64,000 nt of DNA from positions 107,696,001 through 107,760,000 of the forward strand of contig NC_087437.1 in NCBI RefSeq assembly GCF_036321535.1, given 5' to 3'. This document shows positions 13,070 to 26,539 of the stretch, one piece after another. The notes under the pieces are model-generated. The model was not told the DNA's origin. It searched no databases and saw only the letters and a program-made list of their open reading frames with translations. This DNA comes from Camelus dromedarius. Its lineage: Eukaryota. Numbering within the stretch: the stretch's first letter is position 1; each line of letters begins with the position of its first letter. The position numbers and the translations under genes are program-made.

Positions 13070-13180
13070 CGTTCCTTGAGGGGAAAAGATAGAATATTTC
13101 TTTTTATTCAATTATTTACCCTAGTCCTTTAACATAGTGCTGGGTACATCTCAGTAAAATCTTAATACAGGAACAAATAA
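13070..13180 (+). mobile_element. L2 3' end fragment
   Basis: gttccttgagggg...ccctagtcctttaacatagtgctgggtacat resembles the L2 terminus. Confidence 0.55.
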
Positions 13181-13714
13181 TAATAGTACTGATTATACAC
13201 ACTATGGTTAAAAATTAAAATCAAATATCTTCCCTTTGAGCTGTGTATGTTGATTGTAGTTCCTCAAATCATGCAGTCTAAGAGTTGAGCAAAATAATAT
13301 AACAATTTCCTCCATCATTTAAGGAATACATTAAATTTAGCTCATTATCTTAGGCTTTCAGAGTAATGTGAATTTTGAGACTTATGCAATTGAATAACAT
13401 TCTGTGTGTGATTGGCTTACATTTCACATGTGTCTTAGATCTCATAAACTCGCTTTCATATGGTAATGGTACGAACACTTTGCCCACTGTCATGCAAGTA
13501 TAATTTTCTGTAAGAGGCAGTTTAAGAGCTAAAACACAATCATTGTTTTTAATAATTAGAAAATTGAAATCGCAGCCTGAACTTTTTATACTGTTTTTCT
13601 CCTCAGTCTTTTATTTTCTGATTATCTCGATCAGAAATATATCTCTATTTAGTTATATCAATAACATGTTTAAAAATATCCAGCTATGAAGAAATATACA
13701 CAATAATTCAAGTT

Positions 13715-14250
13715 TGTCGACCAAGAAAATGCACAACCTAAAAGTCGGGAGTTACATTTTATTCGGCAGACATTTCTGAGGACTTAAGCCCAGGATGCTG
13801 CCTCTCAGATAGCTCTGAGAAAGACTGCTCCAAAGAGACAGGGAAAGAACCAGGATATATAGGAATTTTTGCAACAAAGACCAAGTAATTGGAACATCAA
13901 AAGATTCATGTTAATTAAAGAAACAGATATCTGGAGTTAAGGAATTTAACACTTTCCTTTGTATGGCAAGATATAAGAATCTGGGCTTATTGAAATCGTT
14001 TTGCATGCAACTTTGACATGCACCTTAACTGTCTAGGTATAGATATCCTGATACCATCCAGTATCCTGTCCTTTCCCGTCCTGAGTCCTCTTGGGGCGCA
14101 CCATCTGATTGCTGGCAGAGGCCAGGCTGCCTGCTTGTCTGCATCCTGAGTTCCCTCCACTCACTGTCAGAGACTGGGATAGTGGCTCATGAATTGATGG
14201 CCACAGCATCCTTAGTTCACTGATATGGCTGACAGTATTTTTTACTCACA
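13715..14250 (-). mobile_element. ERV1-type solo LTR (family A, copy 2), 536 bp
   Basis: tgtcga...ctcaca ends, perfect 4-bp TSD AGTT (13711-13714 / 14251-14254), minus-strand AATAAA near 13758. Confidence 0.9.
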
Positions 14251-15814
14251 AGTTAAAGACTTTTCATGATTGAAATAATTTATGCAGTTTTTTTTTCTTT
14301 TAAGGATTTTTGAACTAAAATGTGATTTCTCACTTAAACTGTCTTGGGGCAATAAATATTGAGAAGATAAACATTTGTTCAGTTTAAAGTATAACAACTC
14401 TTTTCAAATACACTTATACCAGAAAATAAAATATTTTAATGGTACAACTAAAGTATTAAATACAAATGAAAAGGTTTTTAAAAGTATGTGCTGCTATATA
14501 AAATCAAGACTTCTTATAATCAAAGCAATATAATATCATAAAAATTACTTCTTACCTGCACAAACTTTCCAGCAGACTTTTCTGCTTAGTAATAAAGACT
14601 GGTTAATTCTATCTTAATTGTTGCCAAGTTGGTTTATTTATTTATTCATTAAAAACATTTATTAAGTAATTTGAAAATGTTTTATACTTTTTAAAATGCT
14701 TTCATTAAAAAGACAGAACAAAATCTTTAACTTTGGGAAAGCAACAATTTTACTGGTGGCTCCTGGTCTCTGACAATTATCTTTTCTTATTACCAACAGT
14801 TTCCCTGAAGATTCTAACAGCTTCCATGCCCACTTGCTTACTAACACTTTTCATGTCTCTAACATAGAGCTCTTTAGTTCTTAGTTCTGTACTTATGTGT
14901 CTAACTAAAGATGCTTTCAGCTAGATTTCCAAAATAGATTTAAAATTCAACAGGCCTGAAACCTCTCCCCCCAATTTGCTCTTGCCCTGTGAAGACCTAT
15001 GTTTGTTGACGGTCCTGATACGAATTTAGCCCAGGGTTTTTGACACAGTAGGTTATGACTTCTCTGAATCAATTTGTTTTTGCACATGTCTTAGGTTTTA
15101 TTTGGAAAGTAATAATATTCCCCAAAGACATTGGAGATGAGAGATAAACATATTGCCACAACTCTGCTACAAGATTATAAGAGAGGCACTTTGACAACTA
15201 TTCTGCCTCATGCAAAGGCAAATGCACAAACTAGTTCAGAATGCCTGTTTCGTGAGTTCTAGGAGGTTACAGGTCTTTGTCCTTCTGTGGGCTCCAACCA
15301 CATCCTTACACTAAAGATCTACTGGAGGAAATATTTTATTACCCTTGTTCTCTGCATTGGGCATCCAGAAATCCGCATGAATCAACGGTTTGGACACAGA
15401 ACTTAGAGAAACCTAATGTGCAGGTACACATCTCACTGGAGTTTGGCATCCTGTTCATGCAAAAGTGAAAAGTGCCTTTAACGTATTTTAGACAAAATGC
15501 ATAGCTTGAATATGTTTTTAACCAACAATAGGAACTGTTTCTTTTTTTAAATTTTCTACTCGCTAATCAGTGAAATGTGAAATATTAATGTCAATATGAT
15601 AGTTGAAGTTCCGGGTGTGTTGGGTTTCTGATTTACTACTAATTGACCATTCTTAGATTGGAAACTCCCAATTAAATAACTAATTACTCTATCATTTTGA
15701 AGTTTCAATTAATAAGCACAGATTGAAATCACTGTGTCTATGCCAAGGCATTTTAAAACAAAGACATCATGACCAATTAGTGGTTGAAGTGGAATCACAC
15801 GCTAACTAGCTCAG

Positions 15815-15920
15815 GAATTTAGTCAGGTAGTCCTGGATAGAATTCCTGGTCCCACTACTCAGTTACATAATCTTGGATGAGTCACTTGGAATCCTCAGAC
15901 CTTATATTCTTCATGCATAG
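15815..15920 (+). mobile_element. MIR fragment
   Basis: aattcctggtcccactactcagttacataatcttggatgagtcactt...cctcag matches the MIR core pattern. Confidence 0.55.
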
Positions 15921-15929
15921 TGATTCTGT

Positions 15930-16510
15930 TCGTTTTTATTAGGTGCTTCATATTTGACTGTCATTGTGCTTGGTGCTTAGGTTACAGGGCTTCGCAAAAA
16001 TCAGACCCAGACCCTGTCCTCATGGACTTGCAGTGCTTTGGGATGACTCATTCTAGATCAATTTTTTTTTAATGAAATTACAAATGTGATAAGTAATATG
16101 AAGGTAAAAATTAATGGCACAATATTGAGAACTCCGCCCTGATCTAATGGGTCAGAAAAAGCTTTCTAGGGAAAGTGACACTTGAGCCAAAATTTAAAGG
16201 TTTAATACAAATGAACTGTGGGTAAGTGTGGAGTAGAGGCCAGTGTACTGGGCATTCAGAGATGAAGGCAAAATATGGGCTGAGTTCAGGCTGGAGACTT
16301 GGGCAGGAATCAGAATATGGATGCGGTGTCTTTGGAATTTTAACTTTTATCCTGAAGGCCATGGAGAGCCATGAAAAGAGTTTGTGAGAATTGTCACATG
16401 ATCGGGTAAAAATGATCACTCAGGCTGCAGAGACAGAACACGTGGCAGGAATGCAAGAACAGACGGTAGGAAGCCATTTAAGAGGAAGTCTTTTAGGCAA
16501 AAGATAGGTG
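15930..16510 (-). mobile_element. L2 fragment
   Basis: tttattaggtgctt...ccctgtcctcatggacttgcag, gtgacacttgagcc and ttttatcctgaaggccatggagagccatg are typical antisense L2 3' motifs. Confidence 0.75.
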
Positions 16511-18152
16511 TGTCTCTCAAGGGAGATTTGTTCTACTCCTCATTCTGCTACAGTGATTCTTTTAAAAGTTTCCAATATCAGTCACATAATTGGAAATGAT
16601 TAAATAGTAGTTGATTCATCATAAGAAATCATCAGAATATTTTTTTAAAGGCAAAAAATATTCTACCTGTTGTTTCGATGTATTTGGCTAAAGTGTATAC
16701 CCATTATGTAGAAAAAAAAATAAGTTAATAAAAACAACCTCTGGGTCATTTAAAAATGTTGCCTCAATGGTCGCAGAGAGAAATGGCCAATAAGTATCAG
16801 ATTATTAAGCTATAGACTTGGAATGAACCTGGAATTAGTCTACACACCATCTGTTCTATTAAATTCTAAATAGTCAGTCCACCATTATTTTCAGTAAGAG
16901 AAAGTTTGGCTTTTAATTATCTGTTTACTGTTTAATTCCTAGGATTCATTATGATATCTCAGGAACCATCATGCTTTAAAATTAAGAAAGATGTATCTCC
17001 AATGGCTTTAGTTTAGTTCACTATCTAATTTTCATCTCCTACCAAAAAAAAATGCTGATACAAGAAAATGTGTGAAACAACTTCATAGCATGTGTTACTA
17101 GTTTATAAACACTTGGAAAAGCCTGCTTTGCTCATATTGTCTTTATCATTGAACAAAAACAAATGAGTCAGTTGTGTCTGTTTCAACATACTGCAAATCT
17201 TATGATGGCTATACATTACCACATGGGAGTACAAGAAGCTCTCCTGTCAGAATCTAATCACCAGATGAATTTGACTTTCAGAAAATATAAAATCAGACTT
17301 GGGAAGCACAATGCACTCAATCTGTTCCTTGCATGATAAAGTGTTTTCAACTGGGAAGAGCCAACTCATGGCTCTAATGATCTTTGAGGGTGTCATTGTG
17401 TGTACATACGTCCTGCCAGCACCTCTGATATTATAAACTTGGGGGTCAAATAGTTGTACAAAAGTAGTAAAGAAAATAAATATGTTGTGTTAGCCAAAGT
17501 GAATGAAACATAAATCTAGATTGTCTTTGTTGTGAACTGAAATGTTTTCTCAGAAAATTAGGTGAAATTAAATAAAAAGAATCTAGATTTAGAGGATCCA
17601 GGTCCAAGACATTGAAAACGCATCAGACACATAATAGAACAGACATAGAAGAAGGAAAGGAACAGATTATTATATTCAGTGAACTCTATATGCAGCTAAA
17701 TGTAGAACCATCTGAAGTTTTTCCTTCCTTTGTAGGAAGATAGGTAACACTACTGGCAATGTCAGTCACCCCTAAAAGAAGATATAAACACAGTTAATTC
17801 CCTATCTTTATACTGAACAGTAAGAACACAATGATCTAGACCTACAAATGATGCAAATTGTGCTTTGTTTTAGCAGGAGTAAACATAACATTTGGGCAAC
17901 CAAAGCTATTCAAGAGGAGACTGATGCAGTCCCAACACTCTGCTACTGCTCAGTGACTACCATTTTGGTTGTATTTTTTCTACTCTATTTTAAAGATGTT
18001 CTTTTACTTTAAAATGTGGGTATCAATTTAAAATATTAAGGGAGGATCAGAGTGAGTTAGATTAACCATGTGATGCTTCAACTTCTTCTTGACCACCTAG
18101 AAATATTCATTGAATACATATTTTCCTAAGGTATCAGTCTCATACAGATTAA

Positions 18153-18244
18153 AATATATAATAAAATAATAATATAATATAATATATACAATACAATATA
18201 ATATAATATAATAAATATTACACACACACACACACACACACACA
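18153..18244. repeat. (AATAT)n followed by (CA)n
   Basis: Read directly; about 13 CA units at ~18220-18244. Confidence 0.9.
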
Positions 18245-18324
18245 TATAAGGGCAGAGAACTCATCTTTTATTTCTGCTGTTTTTAGACGGTTGTTTCAGG
18301 CTTGACTACCTAGGAAGCAATAAA

Positions 18325-18532
18325 GTTAGTGGTTGAAGCAGGGCTGTGTTTGAATCCTGGCTCTTTTACCGGCTGTTTCATCTTGAACAAGTTATTAATT
18401 ACAACTCCCTATCTACAAAGTGGATGAAATAGCATCTCTTACCTCATAGAGATGTATGAGGATTAAATGAACTAATATTTATAAGATTTAGAATAGTATT
18501 TGGCTCATAACAAACACTATATAAGTGTTTAT
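18325..18532 (+). mobile_element. MIR SINE
   Basis: tttgaatcctggctc, ttacctcatagagatgtatgaggattaaatga, ttagaatagtatttggctcata. Confidence 0.8.
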
Positions 18533-18569
18533 CTCAATTTTAAAAATTGAGAACACTTCCCCAATTATA

Positions 18570-18860
18570 TATCTTGATAAATTTTATGTGTCAATTTTGC
18601 CAATGGTTAGTTGACAATGGCCAATTTTTCCATCAAATATCACTGTAGATGTTTCTGTGATGATCTTTTTAGATGTAATTAAAATTTAAATTAGTGGACT
18701 TTGAGTAAATCAAATTACCCTCCATAATGAGGGTAAGCCTCATCTAATCAGTTGAATGCCTTGAGAGCAAAGATTGAGGTCTCTGGAGACTGAAACATAG
18801 AATCCCTACCTGATTTTTCAGCTTTCATGGCCTTCCCTGTGTAATTCTGTCCCAAGAATG
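18570..18860 (+). mobile_element. ERVL LTR fragment (MLT2-like), 3' part missing
   Basis: aattttatgtgtcaatt, ggactttgagtaaa, ttaccctccataatg, cctcatctaatcagttgaa. Confidence 0.75.
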
Positions 18861-18863
18861 CAC

Positions 18864-19716
18864 TGCCAACAGGTACGTGGCAAGATGCTCAACATTACCA
18901 GTCATCAGAGAAAACAAAACCAAAACCACAGTGAAATACCTCACTCCTCTTAGAATAGCTATTAACAAAAAGACAAGAGATACATGCTGGCAAGGATATA
19001 GGAAAAAAGAGAACCCTTGTACACTGTCGGAGGAAATGCAAATTGTTGCAACCACTGTGGAAAACAACATAGAGGTTTCTCAAAAAATTAAAAATAGGAC
19101 TACCATGTGATCTAGCAACTCCACTTCTGGGTGTATATCTGAAGGAAATGAAATCACTCTCTTGAAGAGATATCTGTGCTCCCATGTTTGTTGCAGTAGT
19201 TACAGTAGCCAAGATACAAAAAGAAACTAAGTGTCGGTCAATGAATGAATGACTAAAACATACATATATGTATATATATATATTGTAGTCTATTATGTAG
19301 ATTCCATTTGTATATATAGTTGTGTCACATATATGATAGAAGTTATATATACATACATATATATGTAATATTACTCAGCCATAAGAAAGAAGGAAGTCTT
19401 GTTACTTGGGACAGCATGGACAAACTTAACATTAAGCTAAGTGAAATAAGTCACAAATACTATGTGGTCTCACTTACATGTGGAATCTGAAAAACCCAGA
19501 CTCATAGAAATAGAGAGTTGATTGGTGACTGCCAGGGGTGGGGTGAGAAGGATCTTGAGGAAGAATGAGAAGGTGTTGGTCAAAGGGTACAAACTTCAAG
19601 TTATACAGTGAATAAATTCTGGGGATCTAATGTATAGTATGATGACTATACTTAACACTATTGTGGTTTACACTTGAAAGTTGCTGATAGTAGATCTTAA
19701 ATGTTCTCATCACAAT
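18864..19716 (+). mobile_element. L1 (L1MA-like) ORF2 C-terminus and partial 3'UTR
   Basis: ORF 18877 ([27 protein letters not shown]) is the L1 ORF2 CCHC region. The 3'UTR is homologous to 55270-56195. Confidence 0.9.
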
Positions 19717-19719
19717 AAC

Positions 19720-21633
19720 CAGAATCAAAGTCTTTTATGTTCTGGCATAATGTTATCAAGAATAATTCAAGTTATTATTGTAAAATGTTGTGTATCACAG
19801 AAGTCACAATTTTCTTGCCAATTGCATTGTAGTCAGGTCTTTAACCATGCTATTTTAAGTCTTTTGTCATTTATAGACAGCTATTGTTTTACTCTGAAGC
19901 ATTTACAAATATATTTCATCTTTAGAAAAATTCATGGAAAGGACACTGGCACTCTAGAATAAGGTTTCTGCTAAACTTCCAAAGCATATCATTGAACTGG
20001 GTAAGAATTACAGAAATCTAATGAAGAAACTGATGGCTTTATAAACTGCTAACAAAAACAATCAAGATCAAGAGTTAATTCCATAGGAATTAATAAACTG
20101 AAGAGGATGATTATAGCTTTTATGACTTTTTATTTTAAATATTGCTGATTCTTTTATGTTTTGATTTCCTGATTTAAGGAAACCCTTTCTCTCAAGCTAT
20201 CTATGATTGTAGCAATTTGATACAGTATATCTTTGTAAACAAAATATTAAACATTAATATATTTATTCTACCTGATACTTCCAGAATTTGGAAACCCCTA
20301 GTGAGTATTTTTATTTTCAAGTCAATATAGTTACTTGCATAAGTTCCATATGCTCTCCTTGTAACAGAACACACTTGGAAACATTGATTATATTATCAAT
20401 GCTTTGACTGGAATTTTATCATTGAGAGAGGCATTTATAGACTCAGAAATGACCAGACAGCTTTAAGGAACTAAAATTTACTTTATGGAGCCAAAGGAGC
20501 CCCTTGGAAAAACATCCTGATACTTGCAGGATTTTAAACAGACTTACCAGTTAAATAAGAAAGGTCACTTCCAGGCAGGTACGGGAACTTCAAGGTATTT
20601 GGGAGACTTTACGAGGAGAGGAATTTACAAAAATCTGTTGGTATTTATGGTGAATCTGATGGCAAGTTCTTGGCATGGCTCCCTGGCCTCAAGAAGTCTT
20701 TAAATTTCAATCTGAGATTCCTTATGAAAAGTTCCAGCAAAGCAAATTTTCAAAAGCTTATGTGAACAGTCACTATTTTTATTACACTTCAGGCCACATT
20801 TATTGAAAACAGACTTATTTTGCAAACAAATTAGTCTTAATCTGGCTATATTTGGTAAAAATGAGAGTGATTTTAGGGAGGAAAAAATTATGTTTTGGTA
20901 ATATACATTTGTAGATCTTAGGTTCCAGTGCTGTTAATTGCCATTGAGGTTTTGGTATTTACCTGTAAACTGGACTAGATCCTAAATTCTTATAATTTCC
21001 TAGAATATCTGGCTATAACTCTCCAAACTAATGTTTCCAATTTTTGTCCCATCCTTTTAATTTGTAATCATTGAGAACTGAAAGTGCCCTGTACCTAAAC
21101 ACTTGCTGATGTCATTATAAATGTTTCAAATTGCAGAAGATTCAACCCCAACGTCTAGAAATCTTCTTCAGCTGGCTCCCCTCCAGATGTGGCAGCTTAT
21201 TGTGATCCAGATGGCAACTAGTTAGTTATACTAGTGATTGTTTTCTTGTGTTCTCTCTTTGTTGTTTTAAAACTGTTCACACTTTGTAGCTTTTGCTGCT
21301 GTACTATGACACCCTGTGCAGGAATAATAAGAGCTTGACCTCTAGAGATGATGGACCATCCTTGTATAATTTCCTCCTAATGAAGATCTATGAATTTTTG
21401 GCATTGCAAATGCTGCCTGAGATTCATTTCCTAGATGGCTCCTTGTTATTCAAATATGGCCATAAATGCTCTAAAAGCATATCTTTCTCACAAGCACCTT
21501 GCTCTCCTCTTTGGGACATGACTCTGAGAATGAGCCTTCCCAGTGCCAAGGGAGTCGATACTGATGCCAGAAAAATCAAATGGTTAATCATCTATGCTTT
21601 CTAAAGAAAGATCTTGATCAAAAAGGAGAAAAA
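19720..21633 (+). mobile_element. ERV1-class internal sequence (non-coding, MER4/MER34-int-like) ending in a polypurine tract
   Basis: AT-rich sequence resembling ERV internal regions, no intact ORF, PPT aaaaaggagaaaaa at 21620-21633 immediately before an LTR. Confidence 0.7.
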
Positions 21634-22058
21634 TAAAACGAAAATCAAAATGGAGTCAGTATTGCTAAAAGAGCTCTCTAAAATGGAGCCAGGAGGACCA
21701 TTAAGGGTGACTTATGCACGTCTTAGCCTGGATAGAATCTGACCTTTTGACCTAATGAAGTCACCCAGAACATCTGCCAGAGACTTATGACAGTCTATCT
21801 ACTTATCGAACCCCTACCCTAAAATAACTCACGATTCTTTAAGAGCAAATATTTTCCGACTCGCATCAGAGTCAATCACAATGCTTGCCAGGCAACTTTT
21901 AACAACCTCATGGCTTTTTGTCTTTATAAGCCCCTGACTCTCTTCTTTGAAAAACTCTCAGTGTTACCCACATTTGTGTTTCCTGAATTGCTATTCTTAA
22001 GACCCAAATATATTTTCTTTTGCAGCCTCCTGCATTTATTTGGTGGTTGCTGTTGACA
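21634..22058 (+). mobile_element. 3' LTR of the ERV (MER34-like)
   Basis: Follows the PPT, aaaatcaaaatggagtca near the start, TATA-like tttataag at ~21923, ends tgttgaca. Confidence 0.7.
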
Positions 22059-22574
22059 TAGGTCAGGATGTAAAATAGTTTTTTTTTAAAAGTGGATTCT
22101 GGTCTAGATGTGAAAGCCACTACTCTATAAAAATCACACTATTAAATATCCTGGATTTATATTTCTATGTTCATGTAGGAATCTGTTTTTTAAACTAATT
22201 TTAGCTATTCCTTTTACATAAATTATGTATATATCTATGTCTTTTTCCTAAATAATTCACCATGACCTACCCCATGGTTTCATCTATCTTATTTCAAAAC
22301 TGATATAGGGAGGACTGAACATCAATATTCTCAACATGGTATTTCCCCAATATTTACCTGATCCTTTTTTTGGCTCCCATTCTGAGTTTTTCCAATTCAA
22401 GAATGTTTAATTTCTTACTGTTCATTATTTTGTTACCCATCATCTCCTCTTTCAGTGAAAATTATACCATCCCAGATATGCTTTCCATTGTGCCTAGATT
22501 TATCCCCTTCTGTCTAATTTTAAGGCTACAAAATCTGTGTGATCTGTGAATGTTTTTAAGCATAGAAATAATGT

Positions 22575-22822
22575 ATAGTGTGCTGACTAAAAACACACAA
22601 ACCACACAAGTCAATTTAGCTTTAAAACCTGTCCTCATCACTCACGAGCTGTATGCAACATGGAAAGTTAGTTAACTTTTCTGTATCTCATTTTTCTCAT
22701 CTGTAAAATGGGGTTAGTAATAGTAAACTTCATGACAATAAAGAATAAATAAGTTATCAGATGTAGAGCAGTTAGTGCAATGTTTAGTACCCAATAATTA
22801 CTTGGTAGTTTTTAACTATTAT
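22575..22822 (+). mobile_element. MIR SINE
   Basis: ctcattttttctcatctgtaaaatggggttagtaatag is the MIR core. Confidence 0.8.
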
Positions 22823-23123
22823 TAGAATTTATTGCAGTAATATTTTTTCCCTTGAGGGAACAATCCAAAGTAATTTTGTGGTAATAAAAGGCTTAGTTTA
22901 TCCATGTTAAACATTTGCCAAAAAAACGTCTGGAGATCAGTTTGAATCTCAATTTAACCATTTGGGTGGTTAGTAGAAAACCTAAGTGGATAGTAGAAAT
23001 TCATTATTATTTACAAACAGAAAATCATCCAACAAGATGATTCTGATAATCTAAAAAAAAAAAAAAATCAGCATAAGCATAAAAGCAAATGAAGCAAAAT
23101 AAAACCAATAATTATAGCCTCAC

Positions 23124-23205
23124 AGAAGGAAGGAAGGTAGGAAGGAAGGGAGGGAGGGAGGGAGGGAGGAAGGAAAGAAGGAAGGAAGGAAGGAAGAAAA
23201 AGAAA

Positions 23206-23260
<55 letters not shown>

Positions 23261-23442
23261 GAAGAAAGGAAGGAAGGAAGGAAGGAAGGAAGGAAGGAAG
23301 GAAGGAAGAAAGGAAGAAAGAAAGAAAGAAAGGCAGGGAGGGAGGAAGAAAGAAAGAAAGGCAGGGAGGGAGGAAGAAAGAAAGAAAGGCAGGGAGGAAG
23401 GAAGGAAGGAAGAATGAAAAAGAAAGAAAAGAAGGGAGAGAG
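23124..23442. repeat. Compound polypurine microsatellite (GGAA/GAAA/GGGA)
   Basis: About 320 bp of almost pure A/G, read directly. Confidence 0.97.
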
Positions 23443-23699
23443 ACTTGAGAATTTTGGAAAACTGCTGTTTTCTTGGATTGGAGGATATAATATTAAAAAC
23501 ACTTTCCAAAATAGATTTAATATAATTCAAAATAAAATCCACACCTTTTACACAAAAAATCCATACAAAATAATTAAAAAGTGAAAAATCTGATAATTAT
23601 TACTAAGTGGGAATAAAATAATGGCAAATATATTATGTCTATATAACAAATATTACTTGAATGACAATTAAATACTAAAGAATATATTAAAATTACAAT

Positions 23700-24647
23700 A
23701 AATAAAATTAAGTGGCATTGAATCATAGACATAACATCAAAACAGAGCAAATAGTCCTGAAACTTTATGAAGCCTACATTAAAAACTTAATAAAATAATG
23801 GAGGCAACACAATTCAAAGGGGAATAAATTGTATTTTCAAAGGATGTGGTAGAAGTGATCTGTTATTCCAGAGAAAATTTTAGAGTATTTTTCACTGTAG
23901 CAAACAAACTGTAAGAAGAATTAAGAAATCAAAATAAAATAGCAGTAACTTAAAATTCAAAGAAAATATTGACAGATACCTGTTTGATCATCATATAGAG
24001 GGCTTTAAAAATCTAAAAATGTTGGATTAATCAAAAGGAAAAGACTGAGATACTAAACTGCCTAAAAATCACCAGCTGGAAAATATGATTTAAAACCACA
24101 AAGAGACACCACTACACACTTATGGAATGGTTAAAAATATGGAGCAACTGTTTTCTTACATATTGCCAAGGACGTATAATTGGCACAGCCACTTTTCAAA
24201 ATATTGGGAAATATTTTAACATTAGCCACCGAAGTTGAAGATACACAATTCTTAGGACACAACAATTCTAATGAATAGCCCCAACAGAAATGTGGGCAGA
24301 TGTGCTCAGGTCATTGGCATGGCTTTTCCCAACAATTTTATCTATGGTATCTGCATACAGTAACCCATATGAGTCTATGAACATAATGTTAAATGAAATC
24401 GGCCAACAGAAGAGCGTACAGCTTATGATGCCATGTCGATAAAGTTGCTTAATAGCTGATAAAAAAAATGCGTAGGATTGGAAGTCAGACTAGTGGGCAG
24501 GGATAAAAGGGTAGTGCTTGGGTGTGGATACTAGAGATTTCTAAGATGCTGGCAAAGTTCTAGTTCTTGAACTGGCTGTTTTGCAGACAGAACTGGTTAG
24601 TTTTCTGATTATTCACTGAGCAGTATCTTTGGGTATGTTCACTTTTG
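23700..24647 (+). mobile_element. Ancient L1 (L1ME-like) ORF2 end and 3'UTR
   Basis: aaaaccacaaagagacaccactacac, tggagcaactg, tataattggcacagccactttt, gatgctggcaaagttctagttcttga. Confidence 0.7.
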
Positions 24648-25114
24648 TGTAAGGGGTGTGGAAACCCTGAAAATGTGCTTCTCAGATCTTTAAGAGAAAA
24701 CTACATTGTGAACAATGTAATTAATTGCTTGACTGGGTTTCCCTGCAGTATTCACTGAGACCACATGGTGCCTGAGCTGCTCCCAGACAATGGCTAGCAC
24801 AGTGGGGTTCCAGAACCTGACCATTTCTACCTCACTAATGATTCCTGGAGTAGCAGTATTTGCTTTGGGGCTTCCCAGCAGGCTGCACAAGACTTGCAGA
24901 GCTGCGTCGCAACTTGAGGCTTTCACTACCAGATCCTCTATTTTTTTTTTTTTTTTTAATCCTATCTCAAGTCTCAGGCTTGCATCATGATATATGGGTA
25001 TTTTTCTGTTTACTCTTGCACTGTCTCCCTTGGACCTTTTACAAATGTCTCTCTGATCAATCTTTTACTTCTAATTTCATCTTCAAGTCTGCTTCCTGGA
25101 AGACCTGCATTAAC
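24648..25114 (+). mobile_element. ERVL-type LTR (LTR16-like)
   Basis: Starts tgtaagggg and ends tcaagtctgcttcctggaagacctgcattaaca, similar to LTR16-family 3' termini. Confidence 0.5.
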
Positions 25115-26539
25115 ACTGTTGGATGCAAATTACAGGTAGGAAAGGATTTTTTTGCCACTGGCTCACTCATCTTCCAGCTTGAAAGTTTGGAAAAAAGTTT
25201 TCCTAATTCCATAAAATATGCTGAAATATTACTTTGGGAAAATATCCATGGGAGCAGAGAACCCCCTTGCTGATGCAGTGATTCGGGCATCTCAGAGATA
25301 CAGAGGGAACAATTTGCATTGAGACCCTAAGGAAGACTACTGAACTGAGAACAGTTAAACACTTAAAGACAAAGTATGAGGGCCAGAGGGCATCTTTCGC
25401 GGTGTGCAAAGAGGACTATTTTGTGCAATAAGAAAATAAATACAGCTGAGGGTCAAATATCTATGAAGGGTGCTGTAGAATTCCAGAGTGTATTAAATGC
25501 GTAGGCAAGACTGATCGCTTATGCTAGAAAGTTAGAGCCCAGGTTGGAAAATTTTTAGGTTATAATATGTGCAGTAGGAGTGTAAGCATAGAGAGAGGAT
25601 ACAGGAGAAGACTGTTCTGAAAAGCTGCAACGTTGAGTTTGGTCTTTTAAACTGCATACAATTTCAATGGTCTTCAATAGAAATTTCTTTTTAAAAATTA
25701 AGCCCCAAGAAAATTAACGAGCAAAGATGAAAATTCAACATGCATTTAAGGAAAGGATGAGTTATCTACCATGACATCTGTCATGACAAGTATTGCATAG
25801 GAGGTGAGAAAGCTAAACATGCAGTCATACAGTTGGAAAACACACTGGGCTACAAGGTGCCAAGGCACAAAGCAGAAAAGTAGGAGCCCTCGCAGTTATT
25901 TTAAAATCATGAGTATAATGTCAAATGTGACCAAGAACAACAGGAGCCCTGTTTATATTTTCTTCCCAATCAGTATCCAGTGAAAAAGTGCTATGGGTGC
26001 CTCAGTCCTTACTATACCTCCTAGGAGAAGTATATCCTTTCTTAAAGATATAACATGGGGACAACTTTAAGATGCTGGTGTTTGAATTAGGTGCAAAGAT
26101 ATGTTCCTTGCTAGCCAGAGGCAAGAATGTATGGTTTACATTAAAGGGCATCATGCCATTAGGACAGCCGTTGGCCTCTGGTGTTTTGGTCTTGCTGCAG
26201 ATGCTTTGACTATTTTAGTCCGCTGAAGCACGACACGTAAACTGTATCCATGTTCCTATGACAAACAAATCACCAGGGGTCCTTTTTTGTTTTTCCCTTT
26301 TCAATCAGCTGTCCTTAGCGTCCACACTACTTTTAGTGTAATCCTTGCCCGGTTCTCCTGACGATGTATTTCCATGGCTAGCTCACATAAAGAGATGGAA
26401 AAGTATAAAAAGTTTGATTAAGTGGCCTTGTGAACTGTTTGTCACTGTATGAGTCTAGCCTTGACAAGGAGAGGAATATGGAATTTTCTTTCCATTAAAA
26501 AGAAACAAAAAACAAACCAGATGTTTTGTTTCATTGAGG

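Noticed and set aside
11861..14250. Two related LTRs as the ends of one provirus
   Set aside because: The second LTR has its own TSD on both sides, and the intervening DNA contains L2 with no PBS or PPT.
23068..23542. Long ORFs (119-144 aa), K/E/R-rich or F/L/S-rich
   Set aside because: Translations of the polypurine microsatellite. The same applies to 60153-60341.
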